Position numbers and translations under genes: made by a program
Source of the DNA: Rickettsiaceae bacterium
GTDB taxonomy: Bacteria; Pseudomonadota; Alphaproteobacteria; Rickettsiales; UBA6187
DNA length: 51,303 nt
NCBI GenBank assembly: GCA_021323415.1
Contig: JAJONM010000008.1
Span: 1 to 51,303 of the forward strand
Direction of reading: 5' to 3'
The notes under the pieces: generated by a model
The model's database searches: none
What the model was told of the DNA's origin: nothing
What the model saw: only the letters and a program-made list of their open reading frames with translations
Part shown: piece after piece, positions 39,752 to 51,303 of the stretch
How positions within the stretch are numbered: position 1 is the first letter of the stretch
Layout of the letters: each line of letters starts with the position of its first letter

Positions 39752-40408
39752 TTAATCTGTCAATCTTTTTAATATATGATTTATATCAAAAGTGACTTCA
39801 TCAATGTTTTTCATACCATCCACGCCAAAAAGCACACCCTTTTTGTCATAATAAGGCACCAACGGTGCCGTTTGGGCGTGATAAGCTTTTAGTCTGGCAG
39901 CTACTGTTTCAGCATTATCATCGCTGCGCTGCTTAAATTCAGTGCTACTACACTTATCACAAACGCCATCATTCTTAGGTGTTTTAAACTTTTTATTGTA
40001 CCCTTCACCGCATTTTGCACAGGTAAATCGCCCGGAAATTCTATCTACTAAAGCCTCATCGTCAACTCGCATTTCTATAACGGCATCCAGTGATTTACCT
40101 AATTCCGCCAACATCACGTCTAAAGCTTCAGCCTGAGCTGCTGTGCGCGGGAAACCATCTAAAATAAAGCCATTCTTACAGTCATCTTTAGAGATGCGCT
40201 CTTTAATCATAGAAACCATAATATTATCAGATACAAGTCCGCCTGATTCCATGATAGCTTTGGCCTTCATACCAATTTCTGATCCAGAAGCAACCGCTGC
40301 CCTTAGCATATCTCCTGTTGATAACTGAATAATACCAAACTTTTCTTCAATACGAGAAGCCTGTGTTCCCTTCCCTGCCCCAGGAGGTCCTAATAGTATA
40401 AGTTTCAT
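39752..40408 (-). CDS. adk: adenylate kinase
   Basis: P-loop '[12 protein letters not shown]' and a Cys4 LID ('CAKC...CDKC'). It has a 4-nt overlap with secY, the alphaproteobacterial position. Confidence 0.96.
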   Translation of the reverse strand: MKLILLGPPGAGKGTQASRIEEKFGIIQLSTGDMLRAAVASGSEIGMKAKAIMESGGLVSDNIMVSMIKERISKDDCKNGFILDGFPRTAAQAEALDVMLAELGKSLDAVIEMRVDDEALVDRISGRFTCAKCGEGYNKKFKTPKNDGVCDKCSSTEFKQRSDDNAETVAARLKAYHAQTAPLVPYYDKKGVLFGVDGMKNIDEVTFDINHILKRLTD

Positions 40409-41754
40409 CTCCTGCGGCTCCTGAGCTTAGATTTCTTTATCAAGCCCTCATATTGATGAGCAAACAGATGCGTTTGTACTTGCATTAACGTATCTAACAT
40501 CACATTAACCACGATTAATAAACTTGTGCCGCCTAAATAAAAAGGCACTGAGTAATTACTTATTAGAATTTCAGGCAGTACGCAGATCGCAGATAAATAT
40601 ATAGCACCAACTACTGTTAACCTGGTTAGAACATAGTCGAAATACTCTGCAGTGTTTTTCCCTGGTCTTCTGCCCGGCACAAACCCACCATTTTTCTTTA
40701 AATTTTCTGCTGTTTCATCAGGGTTAAACACAATTGAAGTGTAGAAGAAACAGAAGAATATAATAATTGCAACATACAGAACAATATATAAAGGCTGCCC
40801 ATGCGAAACATAGCGTACGATCGTCTCTAATATCGGGGAAATACCCTCACGGCTAGAATTAAAACCAGCAATAGTTGCAGGGAATAATAGTATAGAACTT
40901 GCAAAAATAGGCGGAATAACGCCTGCTGTATTTAATTTTAAAGGTATGTGAGAGCTTTCACCACCAAAAATCTTATTACCTTTTTGGCGTTTTGGGTATT
41001 GCACTATAATACGTCTGTGCGCACGTTCCATGAATACTATTATAGCAATAACACCAACTGCCACGAACATAAGCATTATTAGCACCCAGGTTGATATAGC
41101 TCCAGTACGCCCTAAATCAAAGGTACTTGCAAGTGCACTTGGAAGGTTCGCAACAATACCAGTAAATATAATAAGTGAAGTACCATTGCCTATACCGCGA
41201 CTAGTTATTTGCTCACCAAGCCACATAAGGAACATAGTACCACCAACTAGTGTAGTCACCGTTGTTAGGCGGAAGAATATCCCTGGATCTATTACAACAG
41301 AACTACTTCCACCCTGCATACTTTCAAGACCTATAGCTATACCTAGTCCCTGAAAGGCTGCTAAAAGCACAGTTGCATAACGTGTGTATTGTGTAATTTT
41401 ACGTCTGCCAGCTTCACCATCTTTCTTTAAAGCTTCCATATGACTTGATACAACAGTCATAAGCTGAATAATAATAGATGCTGTAATATATGGCATTATG
41501 TTGAGGGCGAAAATGGTCATACGACCAAGCGCGCCACCAGAGAACATATTAAATATGCCTAGTACTCCGCCAGCATTTTGCTTCATTAAAGCTTCTAATG
41601 CCTGCGGGTCTATGTTAGGAAGAGGTATATATGCACCTAAGCGGTATACAATAAGAGCAATAAGAGTAAACCATATACGGCTTTTTAGCTCTTTTGCCTG
41701 ACTTAAAACACCAAGATTTATACTGGATGACAACTTCTCCGCAGCAGATGACAT
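40405..41754 (-). CDS. secY: preprotein translocase subunit SecY
   Basis: 449 aa and polytopic, with '[18 protein letters not shown]' and '[16 protein letters not shown]'. It follows rplO. Confidence 0.97.
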   Translation of the reverse strand: MSSAAEKLSSSINLGVLSQAKELKSRIWFTLIALIVYRLGAYIPLPNIDPQALEALMKQNAGGVLGIFNMFSGGALGRMTIFALNIMPYITASIIIQLMTVVSSHMEALKKDGEAGRRKITQYTRYATVLLAAFQGLGIAIGLESMQGGSSSVVIDPGIFFRLTTVTTLVGGTMFLMWLGEQITSRGIGNGTSLIIFTGIVANLPSALASTFDLGRTGAISTWVLIMLMFVAVGVIAIIVFMERAHRRIIVQYPKRQKGNKIFGGESSHIPLKLNTAGVIPPIFASSILLFPATIAGFNSSREGISPILETIVRYVSHGQPLYIVLYVAIIIFFCFFYTSIVFNPDETAENLKKNGGFVPGRRPGKNTAEYFDYVLTRLTVVGAIYLSAICVLPEILISNYSVPFYLGGTSLLIVVNVMLDTLMQVQTHLFAHQYEGLIKKSKLRSRRR

Positions 41755-41819
41755 ATTAATTCTTACCTAAATAAAAATAGACACTGTAGAACAGCCATTA
41801 AATGCCTGGCTGTGAAACA

Positions 41820-42290
41820 CTATGCGGCTTTTGCTTTTTTCTCGATAACAGCAAGTTTACCACCAGCTTTTTCTACTAATTTTACTGCTGAAGCAGAAGC
41901 TGCATCAACTTCAATTTTCAAAGAAGCCTTAAGAGTTCCTTTTGCAAGCACTTTTACCGGTTGAGAAAGTTTCTTTATGATACCAATTTCGTATAAGTAT
42001 TCTTTTGTGATATTTTTAGAAGTATCAATTTTTTTAGAATCTACAAACTTTTGCAGCTCACTAAGATTAATAGTCTGGAATACTACTCTAAAAATATTAA
42101 CAAAGCCACGCTTTGGAACACGACGGTACAAAGGAGTCTGTCCACCTTCAAATCCATTAATCGCAACACCAGTCCTTGATTTTTGCCCTTTATGGCCTCT
42201 ACCACAAGTCTTGCCAGTTCCCGATCCTATACCACGACCAACGCGTTTACGATTTTTGCGTGATTTATCTGCTAATTGATTCAAGTTCAT
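41820..42290 (-). CDS. rplO: 50S ribosomal protein L15
   Basis: '[24 protein letters not shown]' and '[17 protein letters not shown]'. Confidence 0.97.
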   Translation of the reverse strand: MNLNQLADKSRKNRKRVGRGIGSGTGKTCGRGHKGQKSRTGVAINGFEGGQTPLYRRVPKRGFVNIFRVVFQTINLSELQKFVDSKKIDTSKNITKEYLYEIGIIKKLSQPVKVLAKGTLKASLKIEVDAASASAVKLVEKAGGKLAVIEKKAKAA

Positions 42291-42366
42291 TCTTATGCCC
42301 TTTTTTATTAGTATCAGTGCCAGTGAATAGTGTTAAATCTGCTATTACCGCCACTTAATTAACTCT

Positions 42367-42564
42367 TTATGCAGCTTCCTCAACTTTCACAAGATGAGAA
42401 ACCGCGTTTACCATTCCACGTATAGAAGGCGTATCTTCCAATACTGAAACACGGCCAATTTTATTCAAACCAAGACCAACAAGAGTCTGTATCTGATATT
42501 TCTGGCGGCCTGCACCACTTTTAATCTGGGTAACTTTTATTTTACCATTATTCTTATTTGTCAT
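42367..42564 (-). CDS. rpmD: 50S ribosomal protein L30
   Basis: 65 aa. '[11 protein letters not shown]...[12 protein letters not shown]' lies between rpsE and rplO. Confidence 0.95.
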   Translation of the reverse strand: MTNKNNGKIKVTQIKSGAGRQKYQIQTLVGLGLNKIGRVSVLEDTPSIRGMVNAVSHLVKVEEAA

Positions 42565-43123
42565 CTTCTATTCCTTTTATATTGGATTCACGTCTTCCAA
42601 CAATATCACCAACTTTTTTGCCGCGTTTTTCAGCAATATTACGCGGCGATGTCAATTTAGCGAAAGCATTAAAACAAGCTTTTACCATATTATGAGCGTT
42701 AGCAGTACCAATAGACTTTGCAACAACATCGTTTACACCTAGGCACTCGAACACAGCGCGAAGAGGGCCACCTGCAATTATACCAGTACCTGGATTAGCA
42801 GAACGTAAGCTAACTTTACCAGCACCGAAATTACCAATCACATCGTGATGGAAAGTGCGGCCTTCACGCAACTGAACACGTACCAGGTTTTTTTTAGCAT
42901 CTTCAGTAGCCTTTTTCTTAGCATCCATAACCTCGATACCACTACCAGTACCAAAACCAACACGACCCTTACCATCACCTACGATCACTAGTGCAGAAAA
43001 ACCAAATCTTCTACCACCTTTTACAACCTTAGCAACACGTCTGATAGAAACGAGCTTTTCAATAAACTCTGATTCTACCTGTGGCTCATTATTTTTAGAT
43101 TTTTGTTGAACTGCACCAGCCAT
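42554..43123 (-). CDS. rpsE: 30S ribosomal protein S5
   Basis: '[33 protein letters not shown]'. Confidence 0.97.
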   Translation of the reverse strand: MAGAVQQKSKNNEPQVESEFIEKLVSIRRVAKVVKGGRRFGFSALVIVGDGKGRVGFGTGSGIEVMDAKKKATEDAKKNLVRVQLREGRTFHHDVIGNFGAGKVSLRSANPGTGIIAGGPLRAVFECLGVNDVVAKSIGTANAHNMVKACFNAFAKLTSPRNIAEKRGKKVGDIVGRRESNIKGIEDDK

Positions 43124-43141
43124 ATACTTAAAACCCTATTA

Positions 43142-43504
43142 TTAAAAATTTAATCCGCCAGCACGAGCTGCTTCAGCCAATGCTTTTACACGTCCATGGA
43201 ATAAATATCCTCCACGGTCGAAAACCACGTCAGATACTTTTGCGCTTTTAGCTCTTTCAGCTATAGTTTTACCTACAGCCTCTGCCGCTTCAATATTAGA
43301 CTTTGACTTTAGCTTCACAGCAATGTCCTTATCTACGGTTGAAGCCTGAGCAAGAGTTTTTCCCTCTGTATCACATATAAGCTGTGCATAGATATGCTGA
43401 TTTGTACGGCATACAACCAAACGCACTCTGCCTTCTTTATTATTTTTTTTAATTCCGTAACGTACGCGATTTCTACGACGTACAAATATGCTGCTAGCGG
43501 ACAT
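43142..43504 (-). CDS. rplR: 50S ribosomal protein L18
   Basis: '[15 protein letters not shown]' and '[28 protein letters not shown]'. Confidence 0.97.
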   Translation of the reverse strand: MSASSIFVRRRNRVRYGIKKNNKEGRVRLVVCRTNQHIYAQLICDTEGKTLAQASTVDKDIAVKLKSKSNIEAAEAVGKTIAERAKSAKVSDVVFDRGGYLFHGRVKALAEAARAGGLNF

Positions 43505-43525
43505 AACAAAAACCTCTGTCTATAA

Positions 43526-44059
43526 CTATTTCTTTTTACCTTCTTTACGGCGAATGAATGTACCTTTCTTAAATACACCCTTACCTTTATATGGCTCAAC
43601 CGGGCGGTACTTTATCAACTCACCTGCAATCTGACCAACAAGCTGCTTATCAGTTCCTGATATAGCAATAGATGTTGGCTTTTCACATACAACTTTTATA
43701 CCAGTTGGCAAAGCATATTTTATTTCATGACTAAAACCAAGTGATAAAGTAATCATTTTTCCATCAGTAGCAGCTTTAAAACCAACACCAAAAATCTCTA
43801 GCTCTACAGTGTACCCTTCGGAAACACCTTTAACCATATTGTTAATGTTGTTTCTTACAGTTCCCCACATCGCTCTTGCAAATGTAGTGTCATTTGCTGG
43901 CTGTACTTGAATTTTATCTTCACTATAAGTAACAGTTACTTCATCAGAAATAACAGCTTTCAGTTCGCCTAATTTACCTTTTATGGTAATCTCGTTTGAA
44001 GACAATGTTACTTGTACATCCTTAGGCACTACTACCGGTGACTTTCCTACGCGTGACAT
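43526..44059 (-). CDS. rplF: 50S ribosomal protein L6
   Basis: 'MSRVGKSPVVVPKDVQV' and 'KYRPVEPYKGKGV'. Confidence 0.97.
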   Translation of the reverse strand: MSRVGKSPVVVPKDVQVTLSSNEITIKGKLGELKAVISDEVTVTYSEDKIQVQPANDTTFARAMWGTVRNNINNMVKGVSEGYTVELEIFGVGFKAATDGKMITLSLGFSHEIKYALPTGIKVVCEKPTSIAISGTDKQLVGQIAGELIKYRPVEPYKGKGVFKKGTFIRRKEGKKK

Positions 44060-44068
44060 TTCAATCTC

Positions 44069-44464
44069 CTAAAATACATAACATAATTCTTCGCCGCCGA
44101 CATTCTGCTGACGAGCTTCATAATCAGAAAGAACACCTTTAGGAGTCGATATAATTAAAACTCCAAGACCATTATATACCTTTTTTAGATCAGCCAACTT
44201 TGAGTATACACGGCGGCCAGGTTTTGAAATTCTTCCTATTTCTTTTATTACAGCTTCACCATCTAGATATTTTAGTTCGATTTTCAATGAAGCTTTTTTG
44301 CCATCTACTACTTTTTTGAAGTCTTTTATATAGCCTTCTCTTTTTAGTACTTCTAACACAGATTCACGTAATGTTGAACAAGGTGAATCAACAGCAAATA
44401 ACTTTGCTTGCTGACCATTACGAATGCGTGTTAACATATCTGCTAAAGGATCTGTCATCGCCAT
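44069..44464 (-). CDS. rpsH: 30S ribosomal protein S8
   Basis: 'DPLADMLTRIRNG' and 'GLGVLIISTPKGVLSD'. Confidence 0.97.
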   Translation of the reverse strand: MAMTDPLADMLTRIRNGQQAKLFAVDSPCSTLRESVLEVLKREGYIKDFKKVVDGKKASLKIELKYLDGEAVIKEIGRISKPGRRVYSKLADLKKVYNGLGVLIISTPKGVLSDYEARQQNVGGEELCYVF

Positions 44465-44474
44465 TTTTATTCTC

Positions 44475-44780
44475 CTACCAACTCGATTTTGTTAAGCCAG
44501 GAATTTGGCCAACGGCAGCAAGATCCCGGAGTGTTATACGTGATAATTTAAATTTACGGTAATAACCACGTGGTCTACCTGTTACAGCACATCTATTACG
44601 ATATCTAGACTGTGAACTATCTCTTGGCAAATCATTTAATGCCAATTGCGCTTCAAATCTTTGCTCAAGAGTTATAGTTTTATCCATAACTACCTTTTTT
44701 AACGCAGCGCGCTTTTTAGCAAATTTTTTAGAAAGATGCTTTCTACTTTTGTCTCTTTCAATCATGCAAACTTTAGCCAT
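44475..44780 (-). CDS. rpsN: 30S ribosomal protein S14 (long form)
   Basis: 101 aa. '[26 protein letters not shown]...GLTKSSW'. Confidence 0.97.
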   Translation of the reverse strand: MAKVCMIERDKSRKHLSKKFAKKRAALKKVVMDKTITLEQRFEAQLALNDLPRDSSQSRYRNRCAVTGRPRGYYRKFKLSRITLRDLAAVGQIPGLTKSSW

Positions 44781-44793
44781 AACAAACTCATCC

Positions 44794-45339
44794 TTAATTC
44801 ATAAAAGGTAAACGGAAAGCCTTTAGTAATTCTTTGGCTTCGTTATCGTTAGTAGCAGATGTACAGAAAGTTATATCCATACCTCTGATTTTATCAATTT
44901 TATCATAGTCGATCTCTGGAAATACGATCTGCTCTTTTAATCCCATTGAATAATTACCACGACCATCAAAACCTTTACCAGAAATTCCACGGAAGTCCCT
45001 TACACGCGGTAAAGCAATATTTACTAAACGCTCTAAAAACTCATACATGTGTGCACCACGTAGCGTAACTTTACAACCAATAGCCTGCCCTTCTCTCAAT
45101 TTAAAGCCAGCGATTGATTTTTTTGCCTTTGTGATTACAGGTTTTTGTCCTGCAATAAGCGTAAGCTCTGCAACAGCAGCATTAATAACTTTAGAGTCAT
45201 TAACAGCTTCTTTGCCAACACCCATATTAATGACAATCTTTTCAAGCTTTGGCGTTTGCATAACGTTCTTATAATTGAACTGCTTACGCAAAGCCGGAGC
45301 AATTTCGTCTTTATAAAATACTAATAAGTTAGCTGTCAT
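44794..45339 (-). CDS. rplE: 50S ribosomal protein L5
   Basis: '[18 protein letters not shown]' and '[20 protein letters not shown]'. ATG 45339 has AGGAA 8 nt upstream. The track start 45345 is a TTG. Confidence 0.96.
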   Translation of the reverse strand: MTANLLVFYKDEIAPALRKQFNYKNVMQTPKLEKIVINMGVGKEAVNDSKVINAAVAELTLIAGQKPVITKAKKSIAGFKLREGQAIGCKVTLRGAHMYEFLERLVNIALPRVRDFRGISGKGFDGRGNYSMGLKEQIVFPEIDYDKIDKIRGMDITFCTSATNDNEAKELLKAFRLPFMN

Positions 45340-45350
45340 GACCAATATTC

Positions 45351-45674
45351 CTAATTATCTATAACTTCTTTTGATTTTCTGGCAAAACGAACTTTTTTGC
45401 CATCTTTCAATACTTTAACACCTACCTTTGTAGCCTCACCTGACTTAGGGTCAACATGTGCTACATTGGATATATGGATAGAACGCTCTGACTGAACAAT
45501 ACCACCAGCACCTGCAGCGCTTGGCTTAGTATGACGTTTTACAAGATTAACACCACTTACCTTAACGCGCAAATCTGCAGGTGTTACTTCTATAACTTCG
45601 CCTTTTTTTCCTTTATCTTTTCCGGCAATTACTACTACTTTATCGCCTTTTTTTATTTTTAATTTAGCAACCAT
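45351..45674 (-). CDS. rplX: 50S ribosomal protein L24
   Basis: '[21 protein letters not shown]' (KOW motif). Confidence 0.97.
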   Translation of the reverse strand: MVAKLKIKKGDKVVVIAGKDKGKKGEVIEVTPADLRVKVSGVNLVKRHTKPSAAGAGGIVQSERSIHISNVAHVDPKSGEATKVGVKVLKDGKKVRFARKSKEVIDN

Positions 45675-46043
45675 TTACAGCACCTCCGGAGCTAAAGATA
45701 TAATTTTCATAAAGCCAGATGCTCTAAGCTCCCTTGGAACTGGCCCGAATATACGAGTGCCAACCGGCTCTTTTGCTGCGTTAATTAAAACACAAGCATT
45801 TAAGTCAAAACGGATTGAACTACCATCATCACGACCAATTTCTTTTGCAGTACGAACGATAACAGCCTTATGTACTGTTCCTTTTTTAACTTTACCACGC
45901 GGCAAAGCTTTTTTTATAGAAACAACAATAATATCGCCCACAGAAGCAGTCCTACGATGAGATCCACCTAAAACTTTAATACACTGTACAATCTGCGCAC
46001 CTGAGTTATCGGCGACAAATAGTTTTGATTGCATCTGTATCAT
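45675..46043 (-). CDS. rplN: 50S ribosomal protein L14
   Basis: '[16 protein letters not shown]' and '[12 protein letters not shown]'. Confidence 0.97.
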   Translation of the reverse strand: MIQMQSKLFVADNSGAQIVQCIKVLGGSHRRTASVGDIIVVSIKKALPRGKVKKGTVHKAVIVRTAKEIGRDDGSSIRFDLNACVLINAAKEPVGTRIFGPVPRELRASGFMKIISLAPEVL

Positions 46044-46081
46044 AATATAACCCTTTTAATAATCCTTTAAATACAATGCTT

Positions 46082-46321
46082 TTACGCAGCTTCCTCATAA
46101 ATTACTTGCCATTTTTTAGTTTTAGAAAATGGCTTGCTTTCTATTATTTTAACAGTATCGCCAATTTTGAACTTATTTTGTTCATCATGAGCAGAATATT
46201 TCTTACTAACTTTTACAATTTTCTTGTAAACAGGGTGAGTAACCCTACGCTCTACATATACAGTTACTGTCTTGTCAGCCTTATCGCTAACCACAACACC
46301 TTGTAAAATACGTTTAGGCAT
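46082..46321 (-). CDS. rpsQ: 30S ribosomal protein S17
   Basis: '[30 protein letters not shown]'. ATG 46321 (MPKRIL) overlaps the rpmC stop as ATGCCTAA. The longer track start is unlikely. Confidence 0.95.
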   Translation of the reverse strand: MPKRILQGVVVSDKADKTVTVYVERRVTHPVYKKIVKVSKKYSAHDEQNKFKIGDTVKIIESKPFSKTKKWQVIYEEAA

Positions 46322-46520
46322 TTGCACTCTCCTTATTTGCAGCTTCACTTAGCAAAGTATTAACTTTTGCTATAGTGCGTCTTACTTGTCTGATACGACC
46401 AGTTTTTTCTAATTCACCTGTAGTTTTCTGAAAACGAAGGTTAAAAGATTCTTTCTTCAAGCTTAGAAGAAGGTCTTTTAATTGATCTACAGTTTTACCA
46501 CGCAGCTCAGATATTTTCAT
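46314..46520 (-). CDS. rpmC: 50S ribosomal protein L29
   Basis: 68 aa. '[27 protein letters not shown]'. Confidence 0.96.
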   Translation of the reverse strand: MKISELRGKTVDQLKDLLLSLKKESFNLRFQKTTGELEKTGRIRQVRRTIAKVNTLLSEAANKESANA

Positions 46521-46940
46521 TTAAACCTCCTCGCCTACTCTTTTTATAAATTTGGACAATACTGGTAACTTTGCACCAGCTTTTTCAAACGCCTCCCGAG
46601 CAACTGACTCAGGCACACCATCTAATTCGAACATTATACGACCAGGTTTTACACGGCACACCCAAAACTCAGGATTACCTTTACCTTTACCCATACGAAC
46701 CTCAGCCGGCTTACTCGATACAGGAACATCAGGGAATATTCTTATCCAAAGACGTCCAGCTCTTTTCAAGCTACGCTGAATAGCTCTTCTTGCCGCCTCT
46801 ATCTGTCTTGCAGTAACCCTTTCAGGCTCCATGGATTTTAAACCATAAGATCCGAATAGTAAATCACTACCACCTTTAGTGATACCGTGAATTCTACCTT
46901 TATGCGCCTTACGGAATTTTGTCTTCTTCGGAGCTAACAT
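46521..46940 (-). CDS. rplP: 50S ribosomal protein L16
   Basis: '[16 protein letters not shown]' and '[13 protein letters not shown]'. Confidence 0.97.
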   Translation of the reverse strand: MLAPKKTKFRKAHKGRIHGITKGGSDLLFGSYGLKSMEPERVTARQIEAARRAIQRSLKRAGRLWIRIFPDVPVSSKPAEVRMGKGKGNPEFWVCRVKPGRIMFELDGVPESVAREAFEKAGAKLPVLSKFIKRVGEEV

Positions 46941-46954
46941 CTTTACACCTCTTC

Positions 46955-47638
46955 CTACTTAACTTCCTGTGAATCATTAGCGGCTTTTCTTTCAGCCTCT
47001 GCCTGATCCTTATTATAAATATCGCCTTTATAAATCCAAACTTTAACACCTATGATACCATAAGTAGTAACGGCTTCTGCTGTACCATAATCTATATCAG
47101 CACGTAAAGTATGTAGAGGCACACGTCCTTCTCTATACCATTCCATACGGGCGATTTCTGCACCACCTAAACGGCCAGATACGTTAATCCTGATACCTTT
47201 AGCGCCAAGGCGCATAGCTGATTGCATAGCTCTTTTCATCGCACGACGGAAAGAAACGCGTTTTTCTAACTGCTGAGCAACACCTTCTGCCACTATTTTA
47301 GCATCAGCTTCTGGCTTCCTTACCTCAACAATATTCAAACTAACATCAGCACTCGCAATTTTGCTAAGGTTCTTCTTCATTTTTTCAATGTCAGAACCTT
47401 TTTTACCGATAATAACACCAGGTCTTGAAGTGTGGATTAAAACCCTTACTTTTTTAGCAGAACGTTCAATCACCACTTTACTAATGCCTGAAAAATGCAT
47501 CTCTTTTTCAATATACTTACGTATGCCCAAATCCTGGTGCAAATGCTCAGCATAAGAATTGCCTACTGCATACCAGCACGAGTCCCATGTACGATTTATA
47601 CCTACTCTTAAACCTATCGGTCTTGCTTTTTGGCCCAC
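46955..47638 (-). CDS. rpsC: 30S ribosomal protein S3
   Basis: '[13 protein letters not shown]', the KH domain '[14 protein letters not shown]' and '[10 protein letters not shown]'. Confidence 0.97.
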   Translation of the reverse strand: MGQKARPIGLRVGINRTWDSCWYAVGNSYAEHLHQDLGIRKYIEKEMHFSGISKVVIERSAKKVRVLIHTSRPGVIIGKKGSDIEKMKKNLSKIASADVSLNIVEVRKPEADAKIVAEGVAQQLEKRVSFRRAMKRAMQSAMRLGAKGIRINVSGRLGGAEIARMEWYREGRVPLHTLRADIDYGTAEAVTTYGIIGVKVWIYKGDIYNKDQAEAERKAANDSQEVK

Positions 47639-47642
47639 TTAA

Positions 47643-48020
47643 CTAGTCCTCCTTACTTTCACGTACAATAATCTCAATATTACTAAAAGGCTTTAAAATT
47701 CTAGCGCCTGTTCCACGCGCTCTAGCTCTAAACCTTTTCATTACTAGTGACTTACCTACATTCACTTCTGAAACATATAGGCGGTCAATATCAAGATCAT
47801 GGTTATTTTCAGCATTTGCAATCGCTGACTGCAGAAGCTTTTTTACATCATCAGAAATACGCTTTCTGTTAAATTCAAGCTGTACTAAAGCTTCACTTGC
47901 TTTCATGCCTCTTATTAGGGAAGCGACTAAATTTAGTTTGCGCGGGCTAATACGAACCTGTCTTAATTTCGCATTAGCTTCAACATCGCTAAACCTTCTA
48001 ACTGTTGAACGCTTACTCAT
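47643..48020 (-). CDS. rplV: 50S ribosomal protein L22
   Basis: '[17 protein letters not shown]' and '[22 protein letters not shown]'. Confidence 0.97.
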   Translation of the reverse strand: MSKRSTVRRFSDVEANAKLRQVRISPRKLNLVASLIRGMKASEALVQLEFNRKRISDDVKKLLQSAIANAENNHDLDIDRLYVSEVNVGKSLVMKRFRARARGTGARILKPFSNIEIIVRESKED

Positions 48021-48022
48021 CT

Positions 48023-48301
48023 TTACTTCCTCTTAGCTTTTTTATCTGCACCATGGCCATAATAAGTTCTTGTAGGAGAAAACTCTCCAAACTTATGACC
48101 CACCATTCTCTCATTAACTGAAACTGGAATAAACTTCTTTCCGTTATATACACCAAATGTTAAACCAACGAATTGTGGCAATATAGTAGATCTTCTAGAC
48201 CATATGTTAATAACTTTATGACGACCAGCCTGCGCAGCTTCTGCAGCTTTTTTCATCACATAACCATCTACAAACGGGCCTTTCCAAATTGAACGAGCCA
48301 T
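48023..48301 (-). CDS. rpsS: 30S ribosomal protein S19
   Basis: '[12 protein letters not shown]' and '[16 protein letters not shown]'. Confidence 0.97.
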   Translation of the reverse strand: MARSIWKGPFVDGYVMKKAAEAAQAGRHKVINIWSRRSTILPQFVGLTFGVYNGKKFIPVSVNERMVGHKFGEFSPTRTYYGHGADKKAKRK

Positions 48302-48315
48302 CTTTTTCTCCTTAA

Positions 48316-49143
48316 CTATTTAGCGTAACGACGACGAACTATTAACTTATCAGTACGTTTATTACTACGTGTTCTCTTACCTTTTGTTGGTTTACCCCAC
48401 GGAGTTACCGGGTGTCTACCACCAGAAGTTTTACCTTCACCACCACCATGTGGGTGATCTACCGGATTCATTGCAACACCACGTACTGTAGGGCGTTTGC
48501 CTTTCCAACGATTACGACCAGCTTTTGCAATGCTAATGTTCTGATGATCAGAGTTAGATACAGCACCAATAGTTGCCATACACTCAGCTCTTACCAAACG
48601 AACTTCACCAGAACGCAAGCGTAATAACGCATAACCTGAATCTTTACCAGTTAATTGTGCATAACCACCTGCAGAACGTGCTAATTGACCACCTTTACCA
48701 ACTTTCATCTCAATATTATGAACAATTGTACCAACCGGAATGTTCTTTAAAGGAAGAGCATTACCATTTTTTATATCAACACGCTCACCAGATACCACCA
48801 CATCACCAGCTTTCAAACGTTGTGGGGCAATTATATAAGATAGAGTGCCATCTTGGTATTTTATCAAGGCAATAAAAGCTGTACGATTCGGATCGTATTC
48901 AATGCGCTCAACTGTAGCCGGAGCATCAACCTTATTACGTTTAAAGTCGATCAAACGGTATAATTGCTTATGACCACCACCAATATGACGAGTAGTAATA
49001 CGGCCATTATTGTTACGACCACCGGTTCTGCTCGCACCTTTAGTCAAAGACTTTTCAGGCTTACCTTTCCATAAATCAGACCTATCAACCAGAATTAATG
49101 AACGCTGGGAAGGTGAAGTTGGTTTATATAACTTTAATGCCAT
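48316..49143 (-). CDS. rplB: 50S ribosomal protein L2
   Basis: '[15 protein letters not shown]' and '[22 protein letters not shown]'. Confidence 0.98.
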   Translation of the reverse strand: MALKLYKPTSPSQRSLILVDRSDLWKGKPEKSLTKGASRTGGRNNNGRITTRHIGGGHKQLYRLIDFKRNKVDAPATVERIEYDPNRTAFIALIKYQDGTLSYIIAPQRLKAGDVVVSGERVDIKNGNALPLKNIPVGTIVHNIEMKVGKGGQLARSAGGYAQLTGKDSGYALLRLRSGEVRLVRAECMATIGAVSNSDHQNISIAKAGRNRWKGKRPTVRGVAMNPVDHPHGGGEGKTSGGRHPVTPWGKPTKGKRTRSNKRTDKLIVRRRYAK

Positions 49144-49155
49144 TTTTATACTTCC

Positions 49156-49473
49156 TTATATTGTAGCGGCTATATCGATAGATTGACCTTCTGCCAATGA
49201 AACGATAGCTTTTTTCTCATCTTTACGAGTTCCTAGCGTACCACGGAAACGTTTGCTTTTTCCATGAACACTTATTACATTTACTTTCTCAACTTTTACG
49301 CCAAAAAGAGCAGTAACAGCCTCTTTGATTTGCTGCTTGTTAGCCCAAACAGCAACTTTGAATGTAATTTTGTTTTGCTCCGCACCGCTTTGCGACTTCT
49401 CTGTTATCACTGGAGAAACAATCGCATCATACATAGATGGAGTAATTGCAGTTTTTTTAGTAGGCTTAACCAT
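49156..49473 (-). CDS. rplW: 50S ribosomal protein L23
   Basis: '[18 protein letters not shown]' lies between rplD and rplB. Confidence 0.95.
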   Translation of the reverse strand: MVKPTKKTAITPSMYDAIVSPVITEKSQSGAEQNKITFKVAVWANKQQIKEAVTALFGVKVEKVNVISVHGKSKRFRGTLGTRKDEKKAIVSLAEGQSIDIAATI

Positions 49474-50092
49474 TTAAACGCTCCTCTAACTTCTTTATTG
49501 CATCTTCAGTCAGGATAAGGTTTTTACGACGTAAAATGTCATAAACATTAGCACCCTGAACCGGAAGCAAATCAACTTCTTTAATATTAGCAACAGCCTT
49601 TCTGAAGTTATCAGCAATTTGCTCGCCGCCGATAATCAAAGCTGATTTTATACCCAGGCCTTCTAATCCTTTAGCAACCTGAGCAGTTTTGAAGTCTTTG
49701 TTAAGATCATCTTTCAAAACATAAACGCTACCGCTGTTAACTTTAGAAGAAAGAGCAATCTTTAAACCTAAAGCACGAATTTTCTTTGGTAATGAATGTG
49801 CGTGTGAACGTACATGCGGACCAAATACAACTGCACCGCCACGCATATGAGGGCCTTTTGTACTACCCTGCCTTGCGTTACCAGTACCTTTTTGTCTATA
49901 AGGCTTTTTAGCTCCGCCTCTTACATCATTACGCTCTTTTGTACTATGAGTACCAGCCTGACGTTTAGCCAACTGCCAGTTCACAACACGGTGCAAAATA
50001 TCGCTACGAAGCTCAAGACCAAAAATATCTTTGCTTAACGTAACTTCTTCACCAGAATTTTTCCCGGCTAATGTAACAACCTTAGCTTTCAT
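49466..50092 (-). CDS. rplD: 50S ribosomal protein L4
   Basis: '[34 protein letters not shown]'. Confidence 0.97.
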   Translation of the reverse strand: MKAKVVTLAGKNSGEEVTLSKDIFGLELRSDILHRVVNWQLAKRQAGTHSTKERNDVRGGAKKPYRQKGTGNARQGSTKGPHMRGGAVVFGPHVRSHAHSLPKKIRALGLKIALSSKVNSGSVYVLKDDLNKDFKTAQVAKGLEGLGIKSALIIGGEQIADNFRKAVANIKEVDLLPVQGANVYDILRRKNLILTEDAIKKLEERLNG

Positions 50093-50816
50093 TTGACGCT
50101 CCTTCTACCGCTGCGGCTTCAGCACTCGCTTCTGCTTTTACAGCTTTATTTACACCTGCAGGAAACGGTGCATCAGAATGACGCGCCCTTTTCACAGCAT
50201 CAGAAATATAAACATACGAACCTTTGCTACCAGGAACAGCACCGTTTACAATAATTAGCCCCTGCTCTACATCAGTATCAATAATTTCAAGGTTTTGGAT
50301 AGTCGCCCTAACATCACCTAAGTGACCAGCCATTTTCTTTCCTTTAAATACACGCCCTGGATCCTGGCACTGACCGATAGAACCATGCGAACGGTGAGAA
50401 ACAGAAACACCATGCGAAGCTTCCAAACCACGGAAATTATGGCGTTTCATTGCGCCAGCAAATCCCTTACCTTTGCTAGTACCAGCAACATCAACATATT
50501 GACCTTGCACGTAGTGGCTAGCAAAAATTTCCTGACCAACTTCTAAAAGCGCTTCAGGAGAAACCCTAAATTCAACAACTTTACTTTTTGGCTCAACTTT
50601 TGCCTTAGCAAAGTGGCCACGCAAAGATTTTGAAACATTTTTAACTTTTGCCTTACCAGCACCAAGCTGAACAGCATTATAACCATCTTTTTCCTGAGTT
50701 TTAACAGCCGTAACCTGGCAGCTGTCAAGCTTTAGCAGGGTAACAGGTATATTAATACCTTCAGGGGTAAAATAGCGAGTCGAGCCAAGTTTAGTTGCAA
50801 TAACACCAGTTCTCAT
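50082..50816 (-). CDS. rplC: 50S ribosomal protein L3
   Basis: '[16 protein letters not shown]' and '[17 protein letters not shown]'. ATG 50816 lies 1 nt after the rpsJ stop. The longer track ORF overlaps rpsJ. Confidence 0.96.
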   Translation of the reverse strand: MRTGVIATKLGSTRYFTPEGINIPVTLLKLDSCQVTAVKTQEKDGYNAVQLGAGKAKVKNVSKSLRGHFAKAKVEPKSKVVEFRVSPEALLEVGQEIFASHYVQGQYVDVAGTSKGKGFAGAMKRHNFRGLEASHGVSVSHRSHGSIGQCQDPGRVFKGKKMAGHLGDVRATIQNLEIIDTDVEQGLIIVNGAVPGSKGSYVYISDAVKRARHSDAPFPAGVNKAVKAEASAEAAAVEGASNES

Positions 50817-50817
50817 T

Positions 50818-51135
50818 TTACGCGGCCTCCAACAGTTTAATATCAACTTCAACGCCAGCAGCCAGATCTAGCTTCATCAAAGCATCAACCGTCTGAGGAG
50901 TAGGATCAATAATCATCAAACGCTTATGCGTACGAATTTCAAATTGCTCTCTAGCCTTCTTATCAATATGCGGAGAACGGTTAACAATAAATTTTTCCAT
51001 ACCAACTGGCAGTGGAACTGGACCATTAATTTTGGCACCAGTACGTTTTACCGTGCTTACGATCTCTGCAACAGACTTATCTAGAAGTCTATAATCAAAA
51101 GCGGTTAATTTTATTCGTATTTTCTGAGCATTCAT
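50818..51135 (-). CDS. rpsJ: 30S ribosomal protein S10
   Basis: '[15 protein letters not shown]' and '[33 protein letters not shown]'. Confidence 0.97.
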   Translation of the reverse strand: MNAQKIRIKLTAFDYRLLDKSVAEIVSTVKRTGAKINGPVPLPVGMEKFIVNRSPHIDKKAREQFEIRTHKRLMIIDPTPQTVDALMKLDLAAGVEVDIKLLEAA

Positions 51136-51173
51136 AACTAAAACTCTACTTTCCTTTATATATAAGGGCGCGA

Positions 51174-51202
51174 ACTATATACTAAACTTTTTAAGTATTC
51201 AA
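51174..51202 (-). promoter_or_regulatory. candidate sigma70-type promoter for the S10 operon (TTGAAT-17 nt-TATAGT on the minus strand)
   Basis: The minus strand reads TTGAAT (51202-51197), a 17-nt spacer, then TATAGT (51179-51174), about 38 nt upstream of the rpsJ ATG in the tuf-rpsJ spacer. This is sequence match only. Confidence 0.3.
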
Positions 51203-51206
51203 CATA

Positions 51207-51303
<97 letters not shown>

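Noticed and set aside
41791-41813. 7-bp hairpin ACAGCCA-N9-TGGCTGT between rplO and secY
   Set aside because: The stem is short, has no U-tract, and lies inside an operon that is normally read through. It is probably insignificant.
43333-43599. Minus-strand 88-aa ORF spanning the rplF/rplR junction
   Set aside because: It is out of frame with, and fully overlapped by, the canonical L6 and L18 genes.

Overview
This is a 51.3-kb A+T-rich chromosomal segment. It reads like a low-GC alphaproteobacterium, possibly a Rickettsiales/Holosporales-like intracellular lineage. That is an inference from two things: the tuf-S10-spc-alpha gene order (adk after secY, no rpmJ/infA/rpsD in the cluster) and a eukaryote-like type-2 IleRS.

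The right half (25.1-51.3 kb) is one uninterrupted minus-strand block. It holds tuf (partial), 24 ribosomal-protein genes with secY, adk and rpoA, a periplasmic cyclophilin, queA, tgt, a 10-gene Mrp-like cation/proton antiporter operon, and an ornithine-aminotransferase-like gene.

The left half mixes housekeeping genes with lineage-specific singletons.
- Housekeeping genes: eno, ftsB, arsC, queF, queC, queE, kdsD, a Trm112-like small ORF missed by the track, gpsA, apaG, ileS, ETF-QO, ffh and glycosyltransferases.
- Singletons: a partial giant adhesin-like gene with proline-rich tandem repeats at the left edge (also missing from the ORF track), a tail-anchored metzincin-like protease, a HAD-like fusion protein, an orphan prepilin-type protein and a repeat-containing orphan.

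I saw no rRNA, tRNA, CRISPR, IS/transposase or phage genes. I did not find a convincing complete multi-gene novel system. The most notable observations are:
- a frame disruption splitting the essential ileS gene;
- a 118-nt G+C-rich palindromic element bridging queA and tgt;
- the atypical E-F-G-first Mrp-like operon with three NuoL/M/N-type subunits plus an extra small subunit;
- several candidate secreted or host-interaction proteins.

All homology calls come from reading the translated sequences and from memory of the protein families. No database search was run.
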